Shown piece by piece: positions 18,375-20,000 of a stretch of DNA of 20,000 bases; positions within the stretch are counted from its first letter, which is position 1; every line of letters starts with the position of its first letter. Origin of the DNA: Priapulus caudatus. Lineage: Eukaryota. The DNA is taken from the NCBI RefSeq assembly GCF_000485595.1, contig NW_014577071.1, forward strand, positions 1,071,482 to 1,091,481, read 5' to 3'. The notes beneath the pieces are model-generated. The model ran no database searches. It was given only the letters and a program-made list of their open reading frames with translations, and was not told the origin of the DNA. The translations under genes and the position numbers were made by a program.

Positions 18375-18977
18375 AGCCTAGGACACGCTGTGCGATTTTC
18401 GGTTCAAAGATAGAGAACATGGGTCCCAATAAAACCAATGTCATTTTAATCAATATAAATATAATATTATATCAATATAATAAGTTAGGGTTATGGTTAG
18501 TGTTATTGTTAGGGTAAGGTTAGAATTAGGGTTAGGGTTAGGCACATTGATTTTATTGGGACCCATATTCTCTATCCTTGGGCCCGATTTTCTACGCTGG
18601 CCGCTTGCGATCGATAAATACGGTGCCGGGTCCGCGCGGTGTGTCCGGTCTCACGGCAGCGTATTTCGCATGCGATCCCATACGCCCGGCTGATCGCTCG
18701 CATTCAACATGTTGAATATTTCCGCCCGGTTTTTCATCGCTTGCATACAGCGCATGCGTTTGCACCAGCGCGCCCAACAATGAACAATCGCGTTCGAACG
18801 CGATTGTTTTTAGCAGCCAATCAAGTGTAGCAACGAAAGCTAGGAAAACCGTTGGATACGTGGTTGGACACCGTACAGTGTGTGCAGTTGTACGCGCAAC
18901 TCGTACGGCGTTCTAAAATCGTGAGCGAAAATATACGCCGCCGGGCAGCGTACAGAATCGCTAGTGTGTCCTAGGCT
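18375..18977. mobile_element. PIF/Harbinger-like MITE, copy A (interrupted by a nested insertion)
   Basis: TIR AGCCTAGGACAC…GTGTCCTAGGCT flanked by TAA and TTA; internal palindrome ATTCAACATGTTGAAT. Confidence 0.85.
18401..18584. mobile_element. 184-bp MITE with 41-bp TIRs, 8-bp TSD and internal TTAGGG repeats
   Basis: TSD CGATTTTC at 18393-18400 and 18585-18592; TIRs match at 36/41; GG…CC termini; removing it restores the sequence seen in copy B. Confidence 0.9.
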
Positions 18978-18980
18978 TTA

Positions 18981-19228
18981 AGCCTAGGACACACTGCGAT
19001 TTTCTACGCTGGCCGCTTGCGATCCGCCGATCGATAAATACGGTGCCGGGTTGAAAAACCGGGCGGAAATATTCAACATGTTGAATACGAGCGATGCGCC
19101 GGGCATATGCGATCGCGAGCGAAATACGCTGCCGTGAGACCGGACACACCGCGCGGACCCGGCACCGTACCCGGTATTTATCGATCGCAAGCGGCCAGCG
19201 TAGAAAATCGCGCAGTGTGTCCTAGGCT
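18981..19228. mobile_element. PIF/Harbinger-like MITE, copy B (foldback derivative with two 'left' arms)
   Basis: Same TIR, flanked by TTA and TAA; both arms match the left end of copy A. Confidence 0.85.
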
Positions 19229-19260
19229 TAATTAACACTCAGTGCATGGATGATCATGAT

Positions 19261-19884
19261 CACAGGTAGTCCACAAATGCAGACGTTATAGCTCCGCTTT
19301 GCTAATCTGAGGGTGCGGGTTTATCCATTACTGGGGTCTGCGTCGGCTCGGACTAGATCACAGGCACTTGGAACATCTCAATAAAAAAAATTAATGGTAA
19401 ATAAACACGAAATGTACCAAAGTTTTAATGTTTCTCTACTCTATTTCGCCTATAATCACCTGTAAATGCCGGTCAAATGTTCATCTGCAACACACAAGTA
19501 CACCGCATGCCCGCCCTAGCTGTGCTGCGTGCACAAACAACATGAATAAGAGAGCAGGTAGGAAAGCGTCATCGCGAAATTCGCTCGACGCTCGCTTCAT
19601 TTCACATGATCACAGAACGAAAACACATCCAACAGCTTCCATCTTGGTATCTATGTGTACATAAATGTTCACTTGTTCGAATTATAACTCTGGCCTTTGT
19701 TCTTACGTACTCTCGCCAGAGATATCTCGTGAAATCCTGCAGGAAATGTTCTCTCCGTGAAAATGTAAAGCGGACGTATCATCCGAAAATCCCTAACGGC
19801 GCTACTTTCAATCGATCGCTGTAGTCGTGTGTGCGTGACGTCATTCCCGCGCGCATTGTGCTTGAGACGTTCCAAGTGCCTGTG
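19261..19884. mobile_element. Non-autonomous DNA transposon (hAT/P-like; CA…TG termini, 8-bp TSD)
   Basis: TIR CACAGGCACTTGGAACRTCTCAA…TTGAGACGTTCCAAGTGCCTGTG; TSD ATCATGAT at 19253-19260 and 19885-19892; same family as 2253-2612. Confidence 0.88.
19267..19355. mobile_element. 89-bp TAGTCC…GGACTA element with 9-bp TSD (AcademH-like non-autonomous)
   Basis: TSD GATCACAGG at 19258-19266 and 19356-19364; imperfect TIR TAGTCC..GCAGAC / GTCTGC..GGACTA. Confidence 0.8.
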
Positions 19885-19957
19885 ATCATGATGGACATCT
19901 CTTGGCAAGAATCTTGCTTCGTTGTGATGATTTGACATGTGTAATTTTATATTGCAG

Positions 19958-20000
19958 TGTTTAAGCTAGACTGCCAAGTCCAAAACTATGCCTGGGGTAA
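19958..20000 (+). CDS. MPI: Mannose-6-phosphate isomerase (type I PMI) exon 2, truncated by the window end
   Basis: Acceptor TTTTATATTGCAG, then (V)FKLDCQVQNYAWG(K), the PMI type I N-terminal signature (human VFPLSCAVQQYAWGK). Confidence 0.88.

Noticed and set aside
18484..18542. True telomere or chromosome fusion scar
   Set aside because: Short, degenerate, one orientation, and enclosed by TIRs and a TSD.
18493..19238. Paired similar ORFs (MCPVSRQRIS…)
   Set aside because: By-products of MITE inverted repeats; no transposase motifs.

Overview
Eukaryotic (animal, probably invertebrate) genomic DNA with one assembly gap (N, 1742-2112). The right half holds a complete 9-exon GPR180 (ITR; GOST-family 7TM protein) gene on the minus strand (ATG 17945 to TGA 11521; spliced CDS 1290 nt, 429 aa). 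It lies head-to-head, with 284 bp between start codons, with the first two coding exons of mannose-6-phosphate isomerase (MPI) on the plus strand. MPI intron 1 is about 88% filled by a stack of nested non-autonomous DNA transposons whose TIRs and target-site duplications can be read directly; one of them carries TTAGGG repeats. The left 11.5 kb has no recognisable gene and contains MITEs, a dispersed repeat pair with a filled and an empty insertion site, a degraded RTE-like LINE tail, tandem duplications and microsatellites. I found no evidence for a wholly new biological system. The best leads are the GPR180-MPI bidirectional pair, a GAG 3' splice site required by the GPR180 reading frame, and the nested MITE cluster. 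Homology calls come from remembered protein motifs, not database searches.
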